This document shows, one piece after another, positions 49,774-59,989 of a DNA stretch of 64,000 nt; position 1 is the first letter of the stretch, and every line of letters begins with the position of its first letter. The translations under genes were made by a program, and so were the position numbers. The notes beneath the pieces are model-generated. The model did no database searches. It was not told where the DNA came from and was given only the letters and a program-made list of their open reading frames with translations. This DNA is from Nannocystis bainbridge (GTDB lineage: Bacteria > Myxococcota_A > Polyangia > Nannocystales > Nannocystaceae), in assembly GCF_028368995.1 (NCBI RefSeq), contig NZ_JAQNDL010000005.1, forward strand, positions 192,001-256,000. The letters are read 5' to 3'.

Positions 49774-50736
49774 GTGCCGTTCGCCGTCCTCAAAGATTTC
49801 CACCCGATGTTCGGCTACGACCTGCACATCCCGTGGCCGCTGCCCTCGCCCGCGCCGTCGCCCGCGCCCGTCCCCTACTACTGCTTCCACCTGCTGTGCG
49901 GCTGGAAGGGCACCTATCAGCGCGCCATCAGCCACAGCACCAGCTGGGGCGCCCTGGTCCAGAAGGGCAGCGACATCGGCCCCGGCATCCCGCACATCGG
50001 CGTGCCCTCCTACCTGCTGCCGCTCGACATCCTGTTCAGCGCCTCCAAGTCGTACTGGGGCACCAGCGAGTACAAGGCCGAGGGCAAGCCCGCAGCGGTG
50101 TGCATCATCCCGTGGGCCTGCATCAACATCAACCTCAACTGCGGCACCCCCTTCCCCAAGCGGCCCGGCATCGTCATCGCCTTCAACACCCACTACGCGG
50201 GCATGACCTGGGGCGACTTCTTCCACGGCCTCCTCAGCTTCGCCATCGACTGGGCGCTGCAGTGGCTGTTCAACAAGCTGCTCGGCAAGTTCAGCGACAA
50301 GATCGCCAACCGCTTCCTCAACACCGCGCTGACCAAGAGCGCCGCCAAGGCGGCCCTGAACGGCACCGTCAAGCGCAGGGTGATCAACCAGATGGCGCGT
50401 GAGCTGGCCGCGGCCAACCGCGCCCGCGCCGACGCCTTTCTCAAGCTCTTCCCCGCCTTCATCCGCCCCAGCCGCGAGGCCGCCAACCCGATCCTCAACA
50501 ACGCCGTCGGCGCCGTCGCGGGCTTCCTGTTCGGCGGCCCGCTCGGCATGGACGCCAACGGCGCGTTCGGCTGGTGGACCCCCGGCGGCAGCGCCACCAA
50601 CGGCGCCCAGGACTACCTCAACAACAACGTCGTCGACGAGTTCGGCAACACCCCCGAGCGGCCCCCGCCTCCGCCTCCGCCCCCGCGCCGGCCGCCGAGC
50701 ATCGGCCCGGCCCCGCCGCCCCTGTGCCGGCCCTGA
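49774..50736 (+). CDS. PAAR-like N-terminal domain protein with unknown C-terminal extension
   Basis: GYDLHIP..PSPAPSP, VQKGSDIGPGIPH, ASKSYWG..KAEGKPAA; flanked by DUF2169 genes. Confidence 0.55.
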   Translation: MPFAVLKDFHPMFGYDLHIPWPLPSPAPSPAPVPYYCFHLLCGWKGTYQRAISHSTSWGALVQKGSDIGPGIPHIGVPSYLLPLDILFSASKSYWGTSEYKAEGKPAAVCIIPWACININLNCGTPFPKRPGIVIAFNTHYAGMTWGDFFHGLLSFAIDWALQWLFNKLLGKFSDKIANRFLNTALTKSAAKAALNGTVKRRVINQMARELAAANRARADAFLKLFPAFIRPSREAANPILNNAVGAVAGFLFGGPLGMDANGAFGWWTPGGSATNGAQDYLNNNVVDEFGNTPERPPPPPPPPRRPPSIGPAPPPLCRP

Positions 50737-50797
50737 TCTACCTGTCCTCCGGGCCAGGTCGCTCCTCCCCCTCTCGCGCCGCCGAATCAACTGTCCC

Positions 50798-51961
50798 ATG
50801 CGCCAGGTCGAAACCCGCCCGAGCCCCACCGTCCAGCAGGTCTCCGACATGCTCCCGTCGGGCGAGCCGATGCTCGCCGTGCTGGCCAAGCGCACCTACG
50901 ACGTCGGCGCCGACGGCCGCTGCAGCCTCGCCGACGAGCAGGCCCCGCTGCTGGCCGCCCCGCTCGACGACCCCGACGTCCCCGACCTCCTGCTCGCCGA
51001 CTCCGACCTCCACCCCTACAAGCCGCGCACCGACCTCGTCCTGCTCGGCCACGCCCACGGGCGCCAGCGCGTGCGCCGGCTCGAAGTGCTCGTCCGCGTC
51101 CCTGGCCACGAGCACCGGATCGCCGTCATCGGCGCGCGCACCTGTTCGATCGAGCAGGGCAAGCTCCGCTTCTCCGACCCGCTGCCGATCGACAAGGTCC
51201 CGCTGTCGCCGCTGTACGCCTACGGCGGGCGCGATCGCGGCGCAGAGGCCCGCCACGGCAACCCGCTCGCCAGCCCCGAGTGGAGCCGGGCCCTCGCCGG
51301 CGCCGATCCAGACGCCCTCTCGCCCTACCGTTACCCGCGCAACCCCGTCGGCCGCGGCTACCTGCTCGAGGTCGATCCGGGCCACGACGACGCCTTCGAG
51401 CTGCCGCAGCTCGAAGATCCCACCGACCTCCTCACGCCGACCCGGATCGTCGGCGACTGGCTCGACAACTGGCACCGCCTGCCCCTGCCGCACGCCGGCG
51501 GGTGGGTCCACTACGACTGGTACCCGCGGATCGCCTTTGCGGGCATGGTCCCGATCGTCGAGCATTTCGACGAGCCGCCGCTCGAGGTCGAGCGCGAGCT
51601 CGTCCCCGATCTGCTGGCCGACGGCACCGGCCGCACCGTCCTCGATTTCCGCTACGAGATCGCCTGCGGCGCCCCGCTCGGCCTCCAGGTGCCACATCTC
51701 CGCGGCGGCGAGCCCGTCGAGCTGCACGGCGTCCACCCGACCCGGCCCCGCTGGGGCTTCACCGTCCCGCCGGCCCCGCGCCTGCACACCGACGGCCGCG
51801 ACGGCCGCCTGAACCCCGCCGAGCCCGTGCTCCACACCGTCGTGATCGAGCCCGACCTCGATCGCATCACCCTCGTGTGGCGCGGCGCGGCCCCGGCCCG
51901 CCGCCAGTATCACCCGCAGGAGCTCGAGAGCATGCCGCTGCGGGTCGACTGGCGCGAGTGA
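50798..51961 (+). CDS. DUF2169 family adaptor (second copy)
   Basis: AKRTY, SDLHPYKPRTDLVLLGHA, AYGG, YPRNPVGRGY, LRGGEPV, LHTVVIEPD. Confidence 0.9.
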   Translation: MRQVETRPSPTVQQVSDMLPSGEPMLAVLAKRTYDVGADGRCSLADEQAPLLAAPLDDPDVPDLLLADSDLHPYKPRTDLVLLGHAHGRQRVRRLEVLVRVPGHEHRIAVIGARTCSIEQGKLRFSDPLPIDKVPLSPLYAYGGRDRGAEARHGNPLASPEWSRALAGADPDALSPYRYPRNPVGRGYLLEVDPGHDDAFELPQLEDPTDLLTPTRIVGDWLDNWHRLPLPHAGGWVHYDWYPRIAFAGMVPIVEHFDEPPLEVERELVPDLLADGTGRTVLDFRYEIACGAPLGLQVPHLRGGEPVELHGVHPTRPRWGFTVPPAPRLHTDGRDGRLNPAEPVLHTVVIEPDLDRITLVWRGAAPARRQYHPQELESMPLRVDWRE

Positions 51962-52052
51962 CATGTTCCAATGGACATGTCCTCTGCGACATGTCTCCGG
52001 AAACATGCTCGATGTCACGAGCCCCCGCCTCTCAGGGTCGAAGGGGCATGTC
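51960..52052. repeat. 14-bp-period GGACATGTCC-type array
   Basis: CATG at 51962, 51976, 51990, 52004. Confidence 0.8.
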
Positions 52053-52069
52053 CCCCATCGACCACGGGC

Positions 52070-53581
52070 TCAGGCTCGCCCGAGCCCGGCGAGCACGGGC
52101 AGCCGCGAGGCCACCAGCGCCACCGGGCCGCTGGCCAGCGCGCAGATGATCAGCGCCGCCCCTGCGGGCCCCGCCAGATCGATCCACGACAGCGCGAACG
52201 GCAGGTGGTCGACCGGATAGACCTCCGGGTCGAGCGGATAACGGAACACCGCCACCATCCAGCCGAACGCCAGCCCGAGGCCGACCCCGATCAGCGTGCC
52301 GAGCAGCCCGGCGAACACCCCGACCGCCTCGAACACGGCGAAGATCGTCCGCGAGTCGGCGCCGAGGCTCATCAGCGCCGCGATCTCCTCGCGCTTGCGG
52401 CGGACCAGCAGCAGCAGGCTCGCCAGCAGGGCCGTGGCCGCCACCACCTCGAGCAGGCCGAGCACCAGCGACACCGCCGCGCGGATCTGCCGCAGCCCGG
52501 CGAGCACGTCCTCGCCCTGCTGCTCCCACGTGGTCGCGCGGAAGCCGTCGCCCATCGCCGCCACCACCTCGCCGGCGAACGCCTTCGCCGAGTCCGGGTC
52601 GCGCAGCGCGAACTCCACCCCGCTGACCCGGCGCTCGGCGAAGAACAGCGCCTGCGCGGCCGACAGGTGGACCAGCGCCAGCGACGCGTCGTAGTCGCCG
52701 ACCCCGGTGTCGAGCAGGTCGACCACCTCGTACTCGCCGTGGCGCGGCGGGCGGGCCATCGCCGCCGCCGTCCCGTCGAGCTCCGCCGGCACCACCAGCC
52801 GCACCGCGTCGCCGACCTTCACCTCGAGGCGCTCGGCCAGGCGCGAGCCGAGCGCGATCGCCGGGACGTGGCGGACGTCGCCCGGGCGCACCTTCATCAG
52901 GTCGCCGCCGCGCAGCATCGCCGCCGTACCCGGCAGCCCGGCCGCCAGCTCCGGCTCGACCCCCTTGATCAGCGCGATCACCGGCGCGTTGCGGTCGATC
53001 GGCCGGGTGTGTGTCTCCTGGGACATGTCCTCGGGCGCATGTCCTTTTGGACCTGGCGCCACGGACCTGTCCTCCTGGACATCCTTGTGCAGCGGCACCA
53101 CCGCCGCGGTCGAGAACGCGAACGGCGAGGCCGCCAGGACCCGCGGGTCGCCGCCCCAGCGGGCCACCACCTGCGGGTACTCGTCGAAGTCGAGCCCGTA
53201 CTCGGTGAGCGTCACGTGGCCGCCGACCTTGCTGAGGCGGCCGATCAGCTCGCGCTCGAAGCCCGAGGTCACCCCGAGCACCGTGATCAGCGCCGCGCAG
53301 CCGAGGCCCGTGCCGAACACCGCCACCGCCACCGCGGGCATCAGGTAGCGCGCGCACAGCAGGCCCACGGTGACCAGCGCCGCCAGCCCGGCGACCAGCG
53401 GCGGCGCGACCGCGCGGACCCCGAGCAGCGTCGTCGCCGCGCCCGCGATCGTCAGCAGCGCCGCGACGATCAGCACCGCGCGCACGCCTTTGCCGGCCCC
53501 GCGCCGCCCCTCGCGGAGGAGCATGCGGCGGGCCACCAGCGCGATCAGGGCCCAGCGGCGGCGGGAGCTGCGGGCGGCCAC
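52070..53581 (-). CDS. LolC/E-like ABC transporter permease
   Basis: GVTSGFERELI, EIAALMSLGA, YPLDPEVYPVDHLP. Confidence 0.88.
   Translation of the reverse strand: MAARSSRRRWALIALVARRMLLREGRRGAGKGVRAVLIVAALLTIAGAATTLLGVRAVAPPLVAGLAALVTVGLLCARYLMPAVAVAVFGTGLGCAALITVLGVTSGFERELIGRLSKVGGHVTLTEYGLDFDEYPQVVARWGGDPRVLAASPFAFSTAAVVPLHKDVQEDRSVAPGPKGHAPEDMSQETHTRPIDRNAPVIALIKGVEPELAAGLPGTAAMLRGGDLMKVRPGDVRHVPAIALGSRLAERLEVKVGDAVRLVVPAELDGTAAAMARPPRHGEYEVVDLLDTGVGDYDASLALVHLSAAQALFFAERRVSGVEFALRDPDSAKAFAGEVVAAMGDGFRATTWEQQGEDVLAGLRQIRAAVSLVLGLLEVVAATALLASLLLLVRRKREEIAALMSLGADSRTIFAVFEAVGVFAGLLGTLIGVGLGLAFGWMVAVFRYPLDPEVYPVDHLPFALSWIDLAGPAGAALIICALASGPVALVASRLPVLAGLGRA
53021..53085. repeat. 14-bp-period array inside the permease CDS
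   Basis: Cores at 53024, 53038, 53052, 53066, 53080. Confidence 0.75.
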
Positions 53582-53585
53582 GGCG

Positions 53586-55658
53586 TCACTCGTAGCGCAG
53601 GCCCTCGACGGGGCGCAGTTTGGCCGCGCGCAGCGACGGCGGCAGCGTGGCGACGAAGCAGATCGCCAGCGTCATCGCCAGGATCCAGCCGATCTGGGCC
53701 AGGCTGAACTCGACCGGCAATTCTTCGATGAAGTAGACCTCGGGGTCGAGCGTGTAGCCGTAGAGCGACACCAGCCAGCACAGCACCAGGCCGAACAGCA
53801 CCCCCGCGGCCGCCCCGGACAGCCCGATCGCCATCCCGGTGACCTGGAAGATCCGCGCCACCTGCGGCCCGGTCGCGCCCATCGACATCAGGATCGCCAC
53901 GTCGTTGGTGCGGCGGACCACCATCGTCCACAGCGCCGACAGCACGTTGAACGTGGCCACCGTGATCACCAGGCTGAGGATCACCGTGATGATGTTCTTC
54001 TGCAGGCGGATGCTCTTGAACAGGTTCTCGTTCAAGTTCTGCCACTCGAGCACCTGGTACTCGCGGCCTGGCAGCGCCGCGCGGATCGTCGCGCCGACCT
54101 GGGCCGACAGGTCCGGGTTCTGCAGCCGGAGGTCGATGCCCGACACCTGGTCGCGGCCGCGGTACTTGAAGCGCTGCAGCTCCTTGATGTGCACGTACAC
54201 CAGGCGGCTGTCGTACTCCTGGAAGCCGGCCTGGAAGATCCCGGCGACCCGGTAGTACTGGAATTCGGGCTCGCTCGAGGCGTCGAACGACGAGCCCGGG
54301 TCGACCACCATCACCAGCGAGTCCTCGTGCAGGCCGAGGTCGCGAGCCAGCGACGCGCCGACGAAGATCGTCGGCAGCGCGCTGGCGTCGAAGCGGGCCG
54401 CGGGTTCGCCGGTGGCCGACTCTTCGGGCCACGCGTCGTCGTCGAGGAGATCGCCGCGGATCTCGCCGGGGATACGCTTACGGACCGCGGGGACCTGGGC
54501 GTAGTGGTTCATCGCCCGCTCGTACCAGCCTGCGCCGCGCGGATCGGGCGTGACCGCGATCGCCGGCGGCAATTCCTCCGGCTCGCGATCGGGCACCGGC
54601 ATCAGCTCGAAGTCGGAGCGCAGAACCGGGAGCGGGATCGCCCGCCCGCTGCCGCGTTGAAGGTGAGCCGGCAGGTCGATCACCTCCGCCGCCGTCTCGG
54701 GCTCGATCCCCTTCACCAGCACGCTCGCGAGCCGGAGATCGTCGGTGCGGCCGCCCTCCGGATCGTAGGGCGCCAGCATCATCGCGTAGTAGACGAACGG
54801 GCTCGCGCCGGTGACGCCGGGGCGCGTGCGCAGGTACGCCTCGAAGCGGCGGTACTCGGCCATGCCCGAGCTGCGGGTCACGTTGATGTGCGCGTACACG
54901 CCGAGCACGCGGCGTTCGAACTCGTGCTGAAAGCCCGTGGCGACCGACTGGACCACGATCAGCGCCGCGACCCCCAGGACCACCCCGATGATGCTGGTGG
55001 TGCCGAAGATCGACGAGTACTGCACGAGCAGCAGCAGCAGCCCGAGGAAGCTGGCGGCCGCGGTGGCGATCACCAGCGCGAGGCTGTGGTAGCCGAGGTT
55101 GAGCAGCAGCAGCGCGACGCCGGCGATCGCCCAGCACACCGCGCACAGCAGGCGAGCCCCGCGCGGCACTCGCTCGGCGCGGATGATCCGCAGCCCGAGC
55201 GATCGCTCGTAGCCGAGGGCGCCCGACAGCAGCCAGAACAGCACCAGCAGGCCCAGGGCCGCGGCGCCCGCGTAGCCGACGGCCGGCGCCCACTCCGGCA
55301 GCGCGTCGGCGAAGCCGAGCGGACCGGCGAGCGCGAGCGGCGTGGCCCACGAGAGCACGAACAGGCTCAGCAGTCCGGCGCGTCGGGGCGACGCGGGACC
55401 GGGCGTCCGCGCCCCGAACCGATCTCCCGCCCGATGAGGCCCGGAACGGGCGAGCGGAGGGCCTTGTACGTGCGGCGGCTTCAGGCCGGGCACGCTAGCA
55501 GCCGGCCTTTGCGCGGTCAACGAGCGCGGGGCCACGGGTGCGCCGCAAAGCGTGATTCGGCGGCGTGCACCTGGGCCTGCAGCGCCTGTGACGTCGACGG
55601 CGGGGCGCTCGGCATCCTTAGTTGAGTCAGCACGGGCTTGCCGCGGCGACACACACAA
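53586..55658 (-). CDS. LolC/E-like ABC transporter permease (true start probably about 55380-55470)
   Basis: GVAALIVVQSVATGF, WQNLNENLF, AILMSMGA, RAAKLRPVEGLRYE. Confidence 0.85.
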   Translation of the reverse strand: MCVSPRQARADSTKDAERPAVDVTGAAGPGARRRITLCGAPVAPRSLTAQRPAASVPGLKPPHVQGPPLARSGPHRAGDRFGARTPGPASPRRAGLLSLFVLSWATPLALAGPLGFADALPEWAPAVGYAGAAALGLLVLFWLLSGALGYERSLGLRIIRAERVPRGARLLCAVCWAIAGVALLLLNLGYHSLALVIATAAASFLGLLLLLVQYSSIFGTTSIIGVVLGVAALIVVQSVATGFQHEFERRVLGVYAHINVTRSSGMAEYRRFEAYLRTRPGVTGASPFVYYAMMLAPYDPEGGRTDDLRLASVLVKGIEPETAAEVIDLPAHLQRGSGRAIPLPVLRSDFELMPVPDREPEELPPAIAVTPDPRGAGWYERAMNHYAQVPAVRKRIPGEIRGDLLDDDAWPEESATGEPAARFDASALPTIFVGASLARDLGLHEDSLVMVVDPGSSFDASSEPEFQYYRVAGIFQAGFQEYDSRLVYVHIKELQRFKYRGRDQVSGIDLRLQNPDLSAQVGATIRAALPGREYQVLEWQNLNENLFKSIRLQKNIITVILSLVITVATFNVLSALWTMVVRRTNDVAILMSMGATGPQVARIFQVTGMAIGLSGAAAGVLFGLVLCWLVSLYGYTLDPEVYFIEELPVEFSLAQIGWILAMTLAICFVATLPPSLRAAKLRPVEGLRYE

Positions 55659-55779
55659 GTTGCCCGCGACACCTTACAATCGGGCGAATTCTTCGGCCCA
55701 GCACGGCCTGGCGCGAACCTTGACACACCTCGCTGGCGCAAGTTACGCTGCGCCGACCGCTGAATCTCGGAGCTCCCGC

Positions 55780-56685
55780 ATGCCCAGACGGTTCCTTTCT
55801 TCGTTTGCCCTAGCGGCGTTCGGCCTGAGTTTGCTTCTCGGCTCTTCAGAGGCTTGGGCGGGACCCTACGACCTGCGGCTCAGCCAGCTTGGCACGATGG
55901 CCAATGGCGTGGTCACGGGCAACGACGGTGACTTCCGCAGCCTCGCCTCGGAGCTCGGCGTCCTCATGGCGCCCAAGCCCGTCGACCCCGCCGACTCGCT
56001 CGGTCTCTCGGGCTTCGCGGTCTCGGCCGACATCAGCCTGAACACGATCAGCAACGGCGAGAATTTCTGGAAGAACGCCACGCGCGGCGATCCGGGCAAG
56101 GTCGCGCCGACCTTGCAGCTCATGGGTCGCAAGGGTCTGTGGCCTGGCATCGAGGTCGGCGCCGGCGCGACGCACCTGTTCGGCAGCCGGCTGTGGACGA
56201 TCAGCGGCTACGGCAAGGTGGCGATCCACGAAGGCTTCCACCACTTGCCGATCCCCTCGATCGCGCTGCGCGGCATGTTCTCGCGCCTGGTCGGCGCCGA
56301 GGACATGAACATGACCACGGGCGCGTTCGACATCTCGATCTCGCACGTGTTCGGGGTCGGCAAGACCGTCAACCTGACGCCGTACGCCGGCTATCAGGGC
56401 TTGATGATCTTCGCGCGCTCCGGCGTGCTCGACGCCACGCCGACCACTGACGAGTACCTCGACAAGTCGCCGGTGTTGAGCGAGTTCGTCTTCAAGGATG
56501 CGGGTATGATCTACCGGCACCGCCCGTTCGTCGGCTTCCGATTCATCTTCAGCGTCTTGCGCGTCGGCGTCGAGGCGATGATCGTCCCTGGCGGCAAGCG
56601 CGAGGGAGAGATCGAAGGCAACAAGGTCGCCGACAAATCCGGGCTGCAACAGCAGTACACTCTCTCCCTGGGTCTGGACTTCTAA
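55780..56685 (+). CDS. Putative outer-membrane beta-barrel protein
   Basis: Signal peptide AWA-G; amphipathic strands; C-terminal YTLSLGLDF. Confidence 0.8.
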   Translation: MPRRFLSSFALAAFGLSLLLGSSEAWAGPYDLRLSQLGTMANGVVTGNDGDFRSLASELGVLMAPKPVDPADSLGLSGFAVSADISLNTISNGENFWKNATRGDPGKVAPTLQLMGRKGLWPGIEVGAGATHLFGSRLWTISGYGKVAIHEGFHHLPIPSIALRGMFSRLVGAEDMNMTTGAFDISISHVFGVGKTVNLTPYAGYQGLMIFARSGVLDATPTTDEYLDKSPVLSEFVFKDAGMIYRHRPFVGFRFIFSVLRVGVEAMIVPGGKREGEIEGNKVADKSGLQQQYTLSLGLDF

Positions 56686-57530
56686 TGTTCGTCCTCTGTC
56701 CGTCCTGCGCCGGTCCCTTCCGCATCCCTGCCGACCAGATCGCCCCGCTGGTCCAGATCGCGTGCCCGCACTGCGAGTTCCGCATGATCCTGGACTTCGA
56801 GGCGGCCAACGAGCCGTCGCTCGCCGATCCCGGGCAGCTGTTCGCTCAGGGCTTCGAGAGCGCCGAGGCGTACTTCAGCGTCTACAGCCACGTCGGTCCG
56901 CAGTCCGACATCACCCCGCGCAAGGTCGAGGCTCCGCCGGCGCGTCCGGTCGAGGTCGAGGCTCCGGCCGCCAAGGCTCCGCCGACCTCGCCTGCTGCCA
57001 CGCCGCCGGTCTCGGCGCACACGCCTGCGACCGCGCCGGTGTCCTCGCCGCCCCCGCTCGCCGCTGCCGAGCCGCCGTTCCGCGCCGGCAACAAGACGAT
57101 CATCCAGGCGCCCAAGCGCCCGGCCAGCATGGACCCGCGGGCCGGCGAGGTCGCTTCGGCGCCGAGTGGTTCGTCGATGCGGGCCGGCAACAAGGGCATC
57201 GAGGCCGAGCCGGTCGCCGAGGCCAAGGTCAGCGCCGTGCAGCCCGAGCCGCGGATTCCGCCGCACACGCCGCCGGCCCAGACCGCGACCAGCAACCCGC
57301 CGGCGCCCACCGAGCCGGCCGTCGTCGCCAAGGTCGAGGACGCTGCGACGCAGTCCAACGCCAACTTGCCGACGCAGAAGCAAGAGGCGACCAGCCGGCC
57401 GTCCGAGCCGGAGAAGCCGATCGCCACCACGCCGCCGCCGACCGGCAGCTCCAACGTCGTCTACATCGCGCTGGTGGTGGTGGTGATCATCGCCGTCGTC
57501 GTGGTCATCGTCCTCAACTCCAAGGGTTGA
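56685..57530 (+). CDS. Zinc-ribbon protein with Pro-rich linker and C-terminal TM
   Basis: CPSC...CPHC; C-terminal hydrophobic anchor. Confidence 0.8.
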   Translation: MFVLCPSCAGPFRIPADQIAPLVQIACPHCEFRMILDFEAANEPSLADPGQLFAQGFESAEAYFSVYSHVGPQSDITPRKVEAPPARPVEVEAPAAKAPPTSPAATPPVSAHTPATAPVSSPPPLAAAEPPFRAGNKTIIQAPKRPASMDPRAGEVASAPSGSSMRAGNKGIEAEPVAEAKVSAVQPEPRIPPHTPPAQTATSNPPAPTEPAVVAKVEDAATQSNANLPTQKQEATSRPSEPEKPIATTPPPTGSSNVVYIALVVVVIIAVVVVIVLNSKG

Positions 57531-57561
57531 GGACCCGCCGACGCCCTCGCGGCGTCGACGG

Positions 57562-57598
57562 CGAAGCCCGCTCCTTCCGGCTGGAAGGGCGGGCTTCG
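57562..57598. terminator. Hairpin between convergent genes
   Basis: cgaagcccgc..ccttcc / ggaagggcgggcttcg. Confidence 0.55.
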
Positions 57599-57638
57599 TG
57601 ATTCGGGCTTCGTGATCTTGGCGGCCTCAGGCGCGCGG

Positions 57639-57869
57639 TCAGCCCGGGCGGCCGTGCTTCGGCTCGTCCTTCGGCGTGACGTCGATCTCGCCGCGGCGAT
57701 CGGCCTCTTGTTGCTTGTCGTGTTCGATCGCCTTCATCTCCTTGCGGAACCCTCGCAGCATCTGACCGATGCTCGATCCCAGCGCGGGCAGCTTGGACGG
57801 GCCGAGCACGAGCAAGATGACCGCGACGATGATGACGATCTCGAGGGGACTGAGGACACCCAGGAGCAT
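57639..57869 (-). CDS. tatA: Twin-arginine translocase TatA/E
   Basis: EIVIIVAVILLVLGPSKLPALGSSIGQMLRGFRK. Confidence 0.9.
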   Translation of the reverse strand: MLLGVLSPLEIVIIVAVILLVLGPSKLPALGSSIGQMLRGFRKEMKAIEHDKQQEADRRGEIDVTPKDEPKHGRPG

Positions 57870-57916
57870 GGCCGAAAGGTAGTCCTTCGAGCCTCGCTTT
57901 GCTAGCGTGGGCGGCG

Positions 57917-59989
57917 ATGCGAATGCGACCCGGTCCGGATCTGCGCGGAGGCCGCCAAACCGCTCATAACCCCTCCTGGGTGGGGATTGGCGGGCTTCTA
58001 ACGGCCCTGTGGCTGGGCGTTGCAGGTGTGGCTCACGGCGCACCGGCCGAGGAGCGCGAACGGATCGGGCCCCTCGAGGTCGCCGGCGGCGGTCGCGACC
58101 AGGTGCGAGGAGGGCGGCCGGATGGTGCCACGATCCACGAGACGCACGCGGGGCGGGCGGTCGACGCGGACGCGGCCGCGCGTGAGGACCTCGCCAGCTT
58201 CGAGCGCGGGGTGCTGGCGAACCCGCCGCGCGCCACGATCGAGAAGACCGCGCCCGAAAAGTGGATCGCCGCGCTCGCCCTGCCCGAGCTGCCGATCCGC
58301 TACGGCGCCAAGCTCGTCGAATATTTGCGCTTCTTCAAGGACGACGCCAAGGGCCAGGCGCTGATGCGCGGCTGGCTGCGGCGCATGAACCGCTACGAGC
58401 ACCTCCTGCGCCCGATCCTCAAGGAGGTCGGCGTGCCCGAGGATCTCGTGTTCGTCGCCATGGCGGAGAGCGGATTTCAGCCGCATCGGCGCTCGCGCGT
58501 GGGCGCCGCCGGCCTGTGGCAGTTCATGGAGCCGACCGGCAAGGTCTACGGGCTCGAGCAGAACTACTGGGTCGACGAGCGCCACGACATCGAGCGCTCG
58601 ACCTACGCCGCCGCCGCCTACCTCAAGGACCTGCGGGTCCGCTTCGGCTCGTGGGAGATGGCGCTGGCGGCCTTCAACGGCGGCTACGGCCTGGCGATGA
58701 CCGCGATCGCGCGCGCCAACAGCAACAACTTCTGGGCCCTGTGCGAGATCGAGAGCGGTCTGCCGCACGCGACCACCCTCTACGTGCCGAAGATCCTGGC
58801 CGCCGCGCTGGTCGGTCGCAACCGGGCCGCGTTCAAGCTCGGACCTGACCTTTCGGACAGCCTGCCCCCGATCCAGTTCGTCAAGGTCGACGTCCCGCCG
58901 GGCACCGCCCTCTCGACCGTGGCCAAGGCGATCGACGAGGACCCGGCGCTGATCGAGGAGCTCAACGCCCAGCTGATCCGCAAGCGGACCCCGCCCGGGC
59001 GCAGCTACCCGGTGCGGATCCCCAAGGCCAAGCTGGCCGCCTGGGACCGCGGCGGCGTGCGCGACGGCGCCGGCGCCGATCACATCCAGCACGTCGTCGC
59101 CTACGGCGAGACCGTCGTCGCCATCGCCGGGCGTTACGGCGCCACCGAGGCCCAGCTGCGCAAGCTCAACGGCCTCGAGGACAACGCCGAGCTCGAGCGC
59201 GGCGTCGTCCTGTTGGTCCCGCGCGGCTCGGCCGCCGCCGCACCTGCCTCTTCGGACAGGTTGCTCGTGCCCGCGCCCAAGGTCGCCGTGGGCCCCGACC
59301 AGCGGCTGGTGTTCTTCGCCGTCACCCGCTCGACCACTCCGCGCGGCCTGGCCGACGCCTTCGCGGTCCCGTGGGACAGCATCGTCGCCTGGAACGACCT
59401 CGACCCGCAGGCCCGGCTGCAGCCTGGCCAGGTGCTGCAGGTCGTCGTCCCGCGGGGCTTCGACGCCAGGGCCGCCAAGATCGTCGTGCTCGAGCAGAGC
59501 GCCGTCGACCTCGTGATCCGCGGCTCGCGGGAGCACCTCGAGGCCGGCCTCAAGCAGCGCGGCCTGCTGCGGCGCGGCTACAAGGCCAAGAAGGGCGACA
59601 CCCTCGAGAAGATCGGCAAGCGCTTCGACCTCACCGACGGCGACCTCGCGCGCATCAACGGCATCGACCGCAGCCACACCCCCGCGAACGGCGAGCTGCT
59701 GGTCGTCTACGTCAAGTCGGGCGACACCCGCGGCACCGTCGACGCTCCCGCCCCGCGCGGCAAGGTCGGCCCCGCCCCCGATGATTTGCGGGCCGACGAC
59801 GCCGCCGAGGATCTGAGCACCACCCGCTACGCCGCCACCGCCGACGACCCGAGCGCCGCCTCCGCCGTCGACAACCCGGTGCCCTCGACCGACGAGACCA
59901 ACTCCTTGCCTGGCAAGCGCGGCTGGTCCAAGCGCGGCAAGCACAAGACCACCCCGCCCAAGAAGACCAGCAAGAAGAAGTCCGGATGA
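57917..59989 (+). CDS. mltD: MltD-like lytic transglycosylase with LysM domains
   Basis: AMAESGF, AAGLWQFM, ALAAFNGG, YVPKILA, several LysM repeats. Confidence 0.85.
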   Translation: MRMRPGPDLRGGRQTAHNPSWVGIGGLLTALWLGVAGVAHGAPAEERERIGPLEVAGGGRDQVRGGRPDGATIHETHAGRAVDADAAAREDLASFERGVLANPPRATIEKTAPEKWIAALALPELPIRYGAKLVEYLRFFKDDAKGQALMRGWLRRMNRYEHLLRPILKEVGVPEDLVFVAMAESGFQPHRRSRVGAAGLWQFMEPTGKVYGLEQNYWVDERHDIERSTYAAAAYLKDLRVRFGSWEMALAAFNGGYGLAMTAIARANSNNFWALCEIESGLPHATTLYVPKILAAALVGRNRAAFKLGPDLSDSLPPIQFVKVDVPPGTALSTVAKAIDEDPALIEELNAQLIRKRTPPGRSYPVRIPKAKLAAWDRGGVRDGAGADHIQHVVAYGETVVAIAGRYGATEAQLRKLNGLEDNAELERGVVLLVPRGSAAAAPASSDRLLVPAPKVAVGPDQRLVFFAVTRSTTPRGLADAFAVPWDSIVAWNDLDPQARLQPGQVLQVVVPRGFDARAAKIVVLEQSAVDLVIRGSREHLEAGLKQRGLLRRGYKAKKGDTLEKIGKRFDLTDGDLARINGIDRSHTPANGELLVVYVKSGDTRGTVDAPAPRGKVGPAPDDLRADDAAEDLSTTRYAATADDPSAASAVDNPVPSTDETNSLPGKRGWSKRGKHKTTPPKKTSKKKSG

